Positions 30,223 through 39,630 of a stretch of DNA of 64,000 bases are shown here, one piece after another. Made by a program: the position numbers and the translations under genes. Origin of the DNA: an uncultured Acidobacteriota bacterium (lineage in GTDB: Bacteria; Acidobacteriota; UBA6911); assembly GCA_963809485.1 (NCBI GenBank), contig CAWEJX010000008.1, positions 512,001 to 576,000 on the forward strand, read 5' to 3'. Under the pieces are notes generated by a model that saw only the letters and a list, made by a program, of their open reading frames with translations, was not told the DNA's origin and ran no database searches. Numbering within the stretch: position 1 is the stretch's first letter; each line of letters begins with the position of its first letter.

Positions 30223-30262
30223 TCAGCGTACGTCAGCGTTTATCGGCGTACGTCAGCGTTAA
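30223..30262 (+). repeat. Four exact 10-nt-period units
   Basis: tcagcgtacg/tcagcgttta/tcggcgtacg/tcagcgttaa. Confidence 0.9.
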
Positions 30263-30434
30263 ATTTATGGACGGGCCGCCAGCGCCGGTCTCAAAACGAC
30301 TGTTCCGAAATTCTCGCCGCCAATTTTGAGACAGACTCTGAAGAGCCATCCTCACCAAAACCGGTTGGAGGCTCAATTCCGTCACTCTATGTGTCGTTGC
30401 GATTTTAGATAATTTGTTGTTTAATAATCGCTCT

Positions 30435-31091
30435 ATGTCCATCCGAATCCTGATCGCCGACCGTCAAAAAATGTTCCGTGAGGTGCTGTGCCGCCTGCTG
30501 GAATCGGAACGGGAGTTTGCCGTAGTCGGCGAAACGGATGATGGCCGGGAATTGCCGCAGCTTGCGGCCAGTTTGAATCCCGACATTCTACTGATGAATA
30601 AGGAGTTGCGCCGCCGCCCGGGCCTCGAAGCGCTCCGTGAGGTCACTGCCCGGACCGCAACACGGTCCATCCTTCTGGTGGATGGGATCACCAATGGTGA
30701 AATCATACAGGCCTTGATTTGGGGCGCGCGCGGAATAGTGCGCAAGAACGATGCCACTTCCCTGCTACTTAAGTCCATCCGCACCGTGAATGCAGGCGAG
30801 TACTGGATAAACCATGCGGGGATCTCCGAACTGGTAAGCGCCCTCTGCTCGCTTTCCACTCGCGTCGAGCAGCAGGCCCAGCAGCAGACGCACTCTCTTT
30901 CAATCCAGCAGTTGCAGATTGTCGAGGCGATTGTCAACGGATGCTCCAACAAGGAGATCGCCCGCGACCTGCGCCTGAGCGAACGCACCGTGAAATATCA
31001 CCTGACACGCATTTTCAACAAGTTCGGGGTGTCCGGCCGCATGGAACTGGCGCGCTACTCGCTCAAGAACGAGGTCACCCGTCAAGCATAG
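30435..31091 (+). CDS. NarL/LuxR-family response regulator (atypical receiver)
   Basis: IRILIAD, C-terminal GCSNKEIARDL.LSERTVKYHL..IF.K HTH. Confidence 0.92.
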   Translation: MSIRILIADRQKMFREVLCRLLESEREFAVVGETDDGRELPQLAASLNPDILLMNKELRRRPGLEALREVTARTATRSILLVDGITNGEIIQALIWGARGIVRKNDATSLLLKSIRTVNAGEYWINHAGISELVSALCSLSTRVEQQAQQQTHSLSIQQLQIVEAIVNGCSNKEIARDLRLSERTVKYHLTRIFNKFGVSGRMELARYSLKNEVTRQA

Positions 31092-31201
31092 TTATATAGC
31101 ACCAAAGTACAGTGTTATTCCCTACCAATGTGCCATTCCAAGCTATTACTAAGAAGCATAGCGTATTAATCCACCAACCTTTCGTGCATCAAGAGAAGTC
31201 C

Positions 31202-31492
31202 ATGGAAAGTAACGTACGGCCCCATGTATCTCGTGCCCAGCGTTTCCCGATGCATATTCCATTGCATTATCGATTGAGTGGCATGCCGGCCTGGCATGAT
31301 GCGCGGACGGTGAACATCAGTAGGACAGGAATCCTGATTCAAAGTGATGAATTGCCACAGCCAGATACCAGGCTGGACATCCGCCTCGATTTCCCATTGA
31401 AGGTGACCGTTTCCTGCGAGGGATCGTTCGTACGTTCGGAAGAAAAGGCCTTTGCCGTACGCATCCATCGCTACCGCCTCCACCGCATATAA
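31202..31492 (+). CDS. PilZ-domain protein
   Basis: RAQRF...NISRTG. Confidence 0.8.
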   Translation: MESNVRPHVSRAQRFPMHIPLHYRLSGMPAWHDARTVNISRTGILIQSDELPQPDTRLDIRLDFPLKVTVSCEGSFVRSEEKAFAVRIHRYRLHRI

Positions 31493-31544
31493 AAACGCCA
31501 CGGTTTCCACTGATTTAAATCCGCGAGAATCCGTGGCGTTTTTT
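31491..31544. repeat. AAAAACGCCACGG palindrome, copy 3
   Basis: AAAAACGCCACGG / CCGTGGCGTTTTT. Confidence 0.88.
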
Positions 31545-31547
31545 CGA

Positions 31548-31590
31548 TTGCACGGCTTGTACTGTATATACATATAGTATATACTACATC
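31548..31590 (+). promoter_or_regulatory. Putative vapBC promoter/operator
   Basis: TTGCAC and TATAGT-like hexamers; palindromic TGTATATACA and GTATATAC. Confidence 0.5.
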
Positions 31591-31592
31591 CC

Positions 31593-31823
31593 ATGAAGAC
31601 AACGAGGGTATTCAAGAGCGGCAACTCCCAGGCGGTGCGTTTGCCCAAGGAGTTTCAGTTTGATGCAGACGAGGTCCTTATTTACCGGCGTGGCGATGAG
31701 GTTGTGCTGCGCAAACGAAGCGGAAGCATGGTTCGGGCCTTCGAATTATTGACAAGCCTCCCTGCAGATTTTTTGGAGCAAGGCCGGGAAGATTTGCCAC
31801 CGCAGCCGCGGGAGTGCTTCTGA
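31593..31823 (+). CDS. vapB: VapB antitoxin (AbrB/SpoVT)
   Basis: VFKSGNSQAVRLPKEFQF. Confidence 0.95.
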   Translation: MKTTRVFKSGNSQAVRLPKEFQFDADEVLIYRRGDEVVLRKRSGSMVRAFELLTSLPADFLEQGREDLPPQPRECF

Positions 31824-32308
31824 TGGCTTTGCGCTATCTGCTGGACACAAACATTTGCATTTACATTGCCAGGCATCGCCCTTCGGAGGTATTGGAGCGT
31901 TTCAGGAAGCTGCAGCCGGGCGACGTGGGCATGTCGTCGGTCACCTACGGTGAACTCTGTTATGGCGCCTGCAAAAGCCGCCATCGGGACGACGCCCGGA
32001 GCATTCTCAAAGAACTGGCGCAGGAGATACCGGTTTTGGCGCTTGGGCCTGAAGCCGGTGACCGGTATGGCGAAATTCGCGCCGAATTGGAAAGGCTTGG
32101 GCGTGTTATTGGAAATAATGACCTGTGGATTGCCGCGCATGCCCTTGCGCTCCAGGTGGTGCTGGTGACAAACAACGAAGGGGAATTCGTTCGCGTCCCA
32201 GGCTTGAGAGTGCAGAATTGGGTTAAAAAAAGCGGTCCCTCTCAAGTTCACGAAAAGGAAAAGCGCTACAGCAAAAACGCCACGGATTCCACTGATCTAA
32301 ACCCATGA
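31823..32308 (+). CDS. vapC: VapC PIN toxin; C-terminal tail reads into palindrome copy 4
   Basis: YLLDTNICI, GEL.YG, IGNNDLWIAAHA, LVTNN..EF; TGATG coupling. Confidence 0.95.
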   Translation: MALRYLLDTNICIYIARHRPSEVLERFRKLQPGDVGMSSVTYGELCYGACKSRHRDDARSILKELAQEIPVLALGPEAGDRYGEIRAELERLGRVIGNNDLWIAAHALALQVVLVTNNEGEFVRVPGLRVQNWVKKSGPSQVHEKEKRYSKNATDSTDLNP

Positions 32309-32327
32309 TAATCCGTGGCGTTTTTTT
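32273..32327. repeat. AAAAACGCCACGG palindrome, copy 4
   Basis: Shares loop sequence TTCCACTGATnTAAA with copy 3. Confidence 0.88.
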
Positions 32328-32629
32328 AATTGCTCTTCAAAGATGCCAGAGCCTTTTTTACCGCATTTGCATCTACGAGCCTGTCTGTGCTGAATTTATA
32401 GAGAACGCTTGAGATCAGCGTCTGATAGGGGAGTCCCTCATCTGCTGCTTTCCGCTTTAACGCCTGCAGCACATTTTCACTGATTCGCAGGCTGATGGTT
32501 CTGGTCTTAGCCGCAAGCTGTAAAATTTGCCTCTGTTCCTCAGAAGGAACCGGCAAATACTCTTCCAGGGATTCTTCGACAGCCTGTTCGTAAGCATCAA
32601 GCTCATTGTTCTTCTTTTTTCTCTGCCAT
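32326..32629 (-). pseudogene. CopG/BrnA-like antitoxin (one extra A near the start; error or lesion)
   Basis: TISLRIS...LKRKAADEGLPYQTLISSVL; ATG 32629 is out of frame by +1 in an A-run. Confidence 0.7.
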
Positions 32630-32708
32630 AACTCCTCAATTTCCTCGAATCCTATCTCCCCCTCTCTTGTAACAGTTTTGTGTTCTTGTCTTCATCCCAG
32701 ATGATCAC
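32630..32708 (-). pseudogene. N-terminal stub of a BrnT-like toxin
   Basis: VIIWDEDKNTKLLQERG..GFEEI then runs straight into the antitoxin RBS. Confidence 0.6.
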
Positions 32709-32757
32709 TTATAAGCATTATCTCAATGTATATACGATGTCAACGGCAACCGCAATG

Positions 32758-32824
32758 CACGCGGAGCCGCAGAGTTCGCGCGGATCTGTCATTTTATTCT
32801 CGGCGACCTCCGCGGCTCCGCGTG
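32758..32824. repeat. 9-nt periodic palindrome
   Basis: CACGCGGAGCCGCAGAG / CTCCGCGGCTCCGCGTG. Confidence 0.8.
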
Positions 32825-33059
32825 AGAAGGTTTTTTCAGATCCTCATGGAGACTAAAAATTCCTTGCGCTGAAACGGACGCCTGGGCTGGACAGCTTTTG
32901 GGAACCTTCACTGCCGGCACAAAGGTCAAATGGATCGTCAGAAAAGTGAATTACGTGATTGTTATCACGAATTTAGAGCATGCAAAAATTCTTTATTTCA
33001 TAGTGTTTTTGTGACTGCCAGCACAGCATCATTTTTGCGCATCGCCGAGAATATGGTTC

Positions 33060-36000
33060 ATGAAACCATATATATTTGTGCTGGCTGTGCTGCTTGCTTT
33101 TATACAGGTCTCAACCGCAGCTGATGTAAAGCTCGCATGGGATCCTAATACTCAACCCGAGCTCGCAGGTTATGAGCTCTCCTACGGTAACTCCTCGGGC
33201 AACTATGGTACGACACTCGATGTCGGCAATGTGACAACGCGTACCGTATCGGGCCTGGCCTCGGGGACATACTATTTTGCGGTCAGAGTCTATGGCACTG
33301 GAGGGGAAAGAAGCGCGTATTCGAATGAAGTCACCGCGACGGTCTCCCCTTCGGACACCACGCCGCCCACTATCTCTTCGGTCTCTGCTTCAGGCATTAC
33401 CACGTCCAGCGCGACGATCACGTGGACGACCAATGAAGCCTCGGACAGCCAGGTACAATACGGCACGACCACCAGCTATGGTTCTAACGCATCTAATACC
33501 ACAAAGGTAACAGCACATTCAGTCGCGCTCTCCGGGCTCATCTCGGCCGCCACCTATCATTATAAAGTGTGTTCTACGGACGCTGCCGGCAACACTGGAT
33601 GCTCCGGCGACTTCACATTCACTACCTCGGCTCCGGCCGACACCACAAAGCCCACGGTGACGGCCTTCACCATTCCATCGACGGCGACCACCCTGACCGT
33701 GTCCATCAGCAGCTTCACGGCGACCGATAACGTTGCGGTGACCGGCTACATGGTCAATGAATCGTCCACCGCCCCTTCGGCAGGAACCAGCGGATGGTCG
33801 GCAACAGCCCCGACTTCTTACACATTCGCATCAGAAGGCGCGAAAACCCTGTACGCCTGGGCTAAGGACGCTGCCGGAAACATGTCGGCGAGCAGAAGCG
33901 ATTCTGTTACAATCACGCTCCCCGACACCACAAAGCCCACAGTAACGGCCTTCAGCATCCCGTCAGCTGCATCCAGCCTGACGGTGTCCATCACCAGCCT
34001 CACGGCAACCGATAACCTGGCGGTGACCGGTTACATGGTCACCGAATCATCCACCGCTCCTTCGGCAGGAGCCAGCGGATGGTCGGCAACAGCCCCGACT
34101 TCTTATACCTTCGCATCAGAAGGCGCGAAGACACTGTACGCCTGGGCCAAGGACGCTGCCGGAAATGTGTCGGCGAGCAGGAGCGCTTCCGTTACCATTA
34201 CGCTCCCCGACACCACAAAGCCCACAGTAACCGCCTTCAGCATCCCGTCAGCTGCCTCCAGCCTGACGGTGTCCATCACCAGCCTCACGGCGACCGATAA
34301 CCTCGCGGTGACCGGCTACATGGTCACCGAATCCATCCACCGCCCCTTCGGCAGGAGCCGGCGGATGGTCGGCATCAGCCCCGGCTTCTTATACATTCGC
34401 ATCAGAAGGCGCGAAGACCCTGTACGCCTGGGCTAAGGACGCAGCCGGAAACGTGTCGGCAGGCAGGAGCGCTTCCGTTACCATTACGCTCCCCGACACC
34501 ACAAAGCCCACAGTAACGGCCTTCAGCATCCCGTCAGCTGCATCCAGCCTGACGGTGTCCATCACCAGCTTCACGGCGACCGATAACCTGGCGGTGACCG
34601 GTTACATGGTCAATGAATCATCCACCGCTCCTTCGGCAGGAGCCGGCGGATGGTCGGCAACAGCCCCGGCTTCTTATTCATTCGCATCAGAAGGCGTGAA
34701 AACCCTGTACGCCTGGGCGAAGGACGCTGCCGGCAATGTGTCGGCCAGCAGAAGTGCTTCCGTAACCATTACCCTTTCTGACACAACACCGCCGGAAATC
34801 TCTTCTGTGACCAGCACCGGCATCACGACCTCCGGGGCGACCATTACATGGAGAACCAATGAGGAAGCTGATTCGCAGGTTTCCTATAAAATAACTTCCC
34901 AGACGGTCGAATCCACCGCGAAAAGCACCACAATGGTTACGACGCATTCGCTGTCTCTGACTGGCCTGACGGCTGGAACCAGGTATTACTACAGCGTCAT
35001 ATCCAAGGATGCCTCCGGGAATGAAGCCACATCATCAGGATACTCATTTACCACAACCGCCTCAGCGGATATAGCTTCGGGGCTGGTTGCAGCCTACGGC
35101 TTTAACGAAGGAGCCGGCAATACCAGTGCGGATCTTTCCGGCAGTGGGAACACGGCAACGATCTATTCAGCCAGCTGGACAACCGGCAAATACGGCAAGG
35201 CTTTGTATTTCAATGGGAAGAAAAGCTATGTGTCGGCCGGCACTAACGGGCTTCCCGGCGTGAATGAGACTAAGACGGTTGTCGCCTGGATTTATCAGAA
35301 CACCCTGACTTCGGCAAGTCAATCGGTCGTTTCGCTTGGCAACCCGGCGGCTCGTTCGGGTCTGGAGCACGGCTTTAAAGCGTATAAGACCGGAGTACTC
35401 GATTATGATGACACATGGCTTGTTACCGCCAATTCCCCAAGAGAGAAGCAATGGCATCATTTTGCTTATGTCTTTGACGGCTCACAGAACCGCCTGTATA
35501 TAGACGGAAACCAAGCCGGCAGCTCGACAATCATGCCGGAGGTTTCTTCCACAACAGTATTTCAAATCGGGCGCTGGTTCACAGGCTCGGAGTATTTCAA
35601 AGGCAGCATCGATGAACTGAGAGTTTACAACCGTGCGCTGAGCCAGGATGAAATTAGGGCGGCGATGGCTACACCGGTTGCGCAGAGCGCGGCAGCGGCC
35701 CAGACGACTGCCAGTTCGGAAACCTCTCAGGAAGTCGCTGCTTTGGCGGCCACTGAAGAAGTGGCTGTGGAGGAAGGGCTTGCTGCGGAAACGGTTACGG
35801 CGGAAACGGCAGTAGTGCAGGATCCCGGACTGCCGACGGTGTCCGATGTTTCCGTCAACGCCCATCTGGAGCGCCAGACTTACAGGCCGGGCCAAACAGT
35901 TAAAGCTGATTCTTTCTGGATCAGCAACCCGTCGCAGCAGAAGCTGAAGGTCGAGCTTAAGACCTGGTTGGAACTCCCAGGGATTTCGCCAATATCTATT

Positions 36001-36528
36001 GGCAATGTGAGCACAGATGAAGTGATTGCCCTTGGGCCTGAATTCAGCCAGGAATACGGCGAGATCCAGCTCTTTAAAGTTGCCAAGACTTCTCCATCCG
36101 GCGCCTGCGAGTTTAATGCCCGGCTGCTTGATCCCGCAACGGGAGATATCCTATCCGAGGATGTTAACTCCTTCTCCATAAGGGGCAGCGCAAGCTCCAA
36201 AACGCCAGGCACGGTTCCAAATCCCAACGTAGTACTTGAGGTTTCAGCGGCCGAATCCGGATATCAGTACATTATTACGAACAAAGGCACGGAAACGGCC
36301 ACGGTGGAGCTGAAGGTGTGGATTGAGGCATCAGAAGGCAACCGGATTCCCGTGTATTCGCTAGGCGCCAACGGTTCGCTCGTTCTGCCCGCCGGAGCCG
36401 ACGTAACCTTGGATCCTCTGTCCTCCTTCCAGATATCCTCGGGCACCTATGTGGTGAAATCGAGGGTCCTGGACCAGGTTACGGGACAGGTTTTGTTCGA
36501 GGGGGAGAACGACCTGATATTGCCGTAA
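33060..36528 (+). CDS. Secreted FN3 + four 95-aa repeats + LamG surface protein (about 1,155 aa; one extra C near 34334)
   Basis: Signal peptide, FN3 (YSNEV; ATITWTTNE..DSQV.YG), PDTTKPTV repeats, GLVAAYGFNEG...WHH..IDELRVYNRALS. Confidence 0.88.
33634..34777 (+). repeat. Four 285-bp coding tandem repeats
   Basis: CCGACACCACAAAGCCCAC near 33637, 33922, 34207, 34493. Confidence 0.9.
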
Positions 36529-36836
36529 AGCGCCACGAGATCCGAGGTAGCAACAGCTTGATCTAAAAGAAGTTTGCTCGGAGAGGTATATAATTCTCGC
36601 GGTCAGAATCGGTTTCCTCCGTGATCTCCGCGTCTTTGTGTGCCATTTTTTTGAGCAATGGCTTGATTTAGATTCTTACTAATCCTAAGATGGCACCATG
36701 GGTTTGGAAAAACCGCTAAAGCGGTGCCGCCTCCCACAGTAGCAAAAACCCTGGCTAGATAAATGCTTTACCTTCTGTATTGGGTGTGTGCAGAAATTAT
36801 GCAAGAAAAATGTGAAGTCTCGCTATATGTGAAATT

Positions 36837-37862
36837 ATGGTGCCCTTGGACACTAAAAGCTCATTTCGTATCAGCATAATCATACCGACCTGGAATCGTC
36901 CTGCAGCGCTGGCCAGGTGTCTACGATCCATAATGAATCAGACATACGCTCCTGCTGAAGTTATAATTGTCGACGCTTCTGAAACAAGGCAAAGCTCCGA
37001 CCTTGTGGAGTCCATCATCAAAGAGAATCTCTCATTTGAGCTGAAATATACCTCAATAGCGCACGAACTTCGCGGAATTCCCAAGCAGCGCAATATTGGC
37101 ATCCGGCTTTCGAGATGTGAAATTGTTGGCTTTCTGGACGACGACGTCGAACTTTTTCCCTCCTATCTTGAAAACATCCGGGGCATATTCGAAGCTGATA
37201 CGACCCGACAGATTGGTGGCGTTGAAGGCAGGATTGTTAATCTTAAACCCCTTAAACTGCGGATCCGGCATCGAATTGAAAAACACCTTGGGCTTTTTGA
37301 TGTAGGCAAAATTTTTCGGTTGGACAGGATTATGCCAATATTGCCCGAAGGCGACTCTCCTATGGACGTCGAATGGTTGCACGGCTGCAATTGTTTTTTC
37401 CGGAGGGAAGTGTTTTATAAAAACGGCTTCGAGGAAGAGTTCAAGAGATATGCGATAGGTGAGGATTTCGTTTTTTCCTTTGTTGTGGAGAAAAGCTGGA
37501 GGCTAGCCTACCAGCCGAAAGCGAAGCTCAATCATTATCTTGATCCTTCGGGTAGACCATCATCCTACGAACTGGCTAGAATGAGAGTAAGGCATCAATA
37601 TTACATTTATCGATATTTGCTCCGCGGCAAAACACTTGGGGATTTTTTAATATTCTGGCTTTATATGGCATATGTGGTTACATTGCAGCTATTGCGAATA
37701 TTGAAGAGATCGCGTGACGGGAGTTTTGCAGCATTACATGGGCTAATGGTGGGAATATTGGACGTCTCAATGGGCAAATATCCTCGCCGGTCCAAAAGCG
37801 TTGAAGGCGTTCTCCTTCCTAGGACAATTGACCATTCCCTCTCGACTACTGAAAGGTCATGA
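36837..37862 (+). CDS. Glycosyltransferase family 2
   Basis: SIIIPTWNR, FLDDD, GED. Confidence 0.92.
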   Translation: MVPLDTKSSFRISIIIPTWNRPAALARCLRSIMNQTYAPAEVIIVDASETRQSSDLVESIIKENLSFELKYTSIAHELRGIPKQRNIGIRLSRCEIVGFLDDDVELFPSYLENIRGIFEADTTRQIGGVEGRIVNLKPLKLRIRHRIEKHLGLFDVGKIFRLDRIMPILPEGDSPMDVEWLHGCNCFFRREVFYKNGFEEEFKRYAIGEDFVFSFVVEKSWRLAYQPKAKLNHYLDPSGRPSSYELARMRVRHQYYIYRYLLRGKTLGDFLIFWLYMAYVVTLQLLRILKRSRDGSFAALHGLMVGILDVSMGKYPRRSKSVEGVLLPRTIDHSLSTTERS

Positions 37863-39073
37863 GCCGCATTCTCTTACCCGTAAAGCACGCTGGCGGGGAT
37901 AGTTTCGATGAATCAACCAGTGAAAAAATACCCGGGTTATCCGAGCGACCTCTTGTCACTGTCGTAATGCCTTCCTACAACGCAAAACGATTCATTGGGG
38001 CGGCTATTGAATCGGTTATTGCTCAATCGTATAAAAACCTCGAAATCATTTTAGTCGACGACGGTTCTACAGACGGTACCACTGCAGTTGTAGAGCAATA
38101 TTGCCGGAAGGATTCACGAATTCAGTTGCTCAGGCAGCAGAATGAAGGCGTTGCCTCAGCCCGTAATCGTGGGATCCAGAGCGGACGCGGAGAATACATT
38201 GCGCCCATTGATAGCGACGACATTTGGCACCCTTCAAAAATTGAGGCCCAGGTACTCGCCTTGTCACAAGCTGGCGAATCGGTAGGGCTGGTCTATTCAT
38301 GGATTTCTTTGATCGATGAAAAAGGCAGGGTAGTCGGTTTGAGCCGCCGCAGTTTTGAAGGGAACGTATTTGTAGATCTTTTATATTCCAATTTCGTTGG
38401 AACGGCAAGCTCGCCTATGATTCCCCGCCGCGTCTTTGATGAAGTTGGAGGCTACGATGTAACGCATCGACAGAAAGAGGCGCAAGGCAGCGAGGACTGG
38501 GACCTTTACCTTAAAATTGCACAGCGCCATGATTTCCGCCTGATACCTCAAGCCCTCGTAGGATACCGTATTCATCCAAACGCCATGTCCACGGATTATG
38601 TATCCATGGAACGGTCTTGGCATCTGGCCGTCGGCCGACGGGGCGATACGCTTCCGCAGAGCTTCAATTCCCTAATTCGGTGGTCCAGGAGCAATTATCT
38701 CTACTACCTGTTTGGCAAGGCGTCTCAACAGGGCAGAAGCGAGGAAGCTCTGGCCTATCTGTTCCGTTCAGTTGCGAAAGATCCTGTAAGGCTTCTCACT
38801 ACAGGGTTTCACAAAAGCTTTGCCAGAGAAGTTCTAAAATGCAGTCTGGGGGCACAAAGGTCTAAAGCGCTTGTGGCCTGGGGAAAGTCAATTTTGGAGA
38901 ACACAAGGGTTCAAGGGAGCACAGGAACGGAATCATTATCAGGTGCGAATCTTCAGGTGCCCCGGCCTTGTCTTTTTGACATAATCCACAGCCGCAGGAT
39001 GAAAAAAGCCAGGGATCTGTGGATTTCATACATTTCTGAATCCAAAACGGGCAATTTTGCGGTTCGTTCATGA
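37859..39073 (+). CDS. Glycosyltransferase family 2
   Basis: VVMPSYN, VDDGSTD, ARNRG, IDSDD, EDWD. Confidence 0.93.
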   Translation: MSRILLPVKHAGGDSFDESTSEKIPGLSERPLVTVVMPSYNAKRFIGAAIESVIAQSYKNLEIILVDDGSTDGTTAVVEQYCRKDSRIQLLRQQNEGVASARNRGIQSGRGEYIAPIDSDDIWHPSKIEAQVLALSQAGESVGLVYSWISLIDEKGRVVGLSRRSFEGNVFVDLLYSNFVGTASSPMIPRRVFDEVGGYDVTHRQKEAQGSEDWDLYLKIAQRHDFRLIPQALVGYRIHPNAMSTDYVSMERSWHLAVGRRGDTLPQSFNSLIRWSRSNYLYYLFGKASQQGRSEEALAYLFRSVAKDPVRLLTTGFHKSFAREVLKCSLGAQRSKALVAWGKSILENTRVQGSTGTESLSGANLQVPRPCLFDIIHSRRMKKARDLWISYISESKTGNFAVRS

Positions 39074-39372
39074 AAGTGATTCAACCGATAATTTGTGGTT
39101 AGCATGTTCAGCCTGCAACTTGCCGATGATCCAATTACAGGCTGAACAGCCTGTCATTAGCCGCCAAGCCAGCTGAAATTATTAGCTTTTTGGATATAGC
39201 AACGATAACGGATATAGCCCCGAGGAGCGAAAAGATAACATCCCCGGGCATCAGCCCTGAATGCGGGCACACTTGAGACTGCGGGCAAGCTGGCTTTAAT
39301 TCCGGATGAGACCAGGTTCAAGCAGCCTGCCGGCTATGGTTTGCTTGCCACATTCTACGCCTAAGGCGTTAC

Positions 39373-39427
39373 GTCCCAGAGCCCAGGGTTGACCGCAAAA
39401 AGCGCGGTCAACCCTGGGCTTTGGGAC
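39373..39427. repeat. 24-bp-arm REP-like inverted repeat
   Basis: GTCCCAGAGCCCAGGGTTGACCGC / GCGGTCAACCCTGGGCTTTGGGAC. Confidence 0.85.
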
Positions 39428-39630
39428 TCAGCCCCGTTGGGGCAGAATGCAATAGGGAAGGAGGAAGGAAGTTTGGGACACGGCCTCAGTGTCAGGTGTG
39501 GGTAACAGTCCGGGCATGAGCCCGGGATTAGGAATAGCGAGAAAAAGAAGCCCAAAAGGCGACACATCAATCTTTGATAAACAGTAATTGTGACATCTGA
39601 TCAAAATAGAGCTGCGAAGATTTGATTTAT

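Noticed and set aside
27681-30262. CRISPR array from the periodic repeats
   Set aside because: Units are 7-10 nt and contiguous, with no unique spacers and no cas genes.
31491-32327. Canonical integron attC sites
   Set aside because: AAC/GTT triplets are present, but the ends do not fit RYYYAAC/GTTRRRY and there is no integron integrase in the window; kept only as an analogy.
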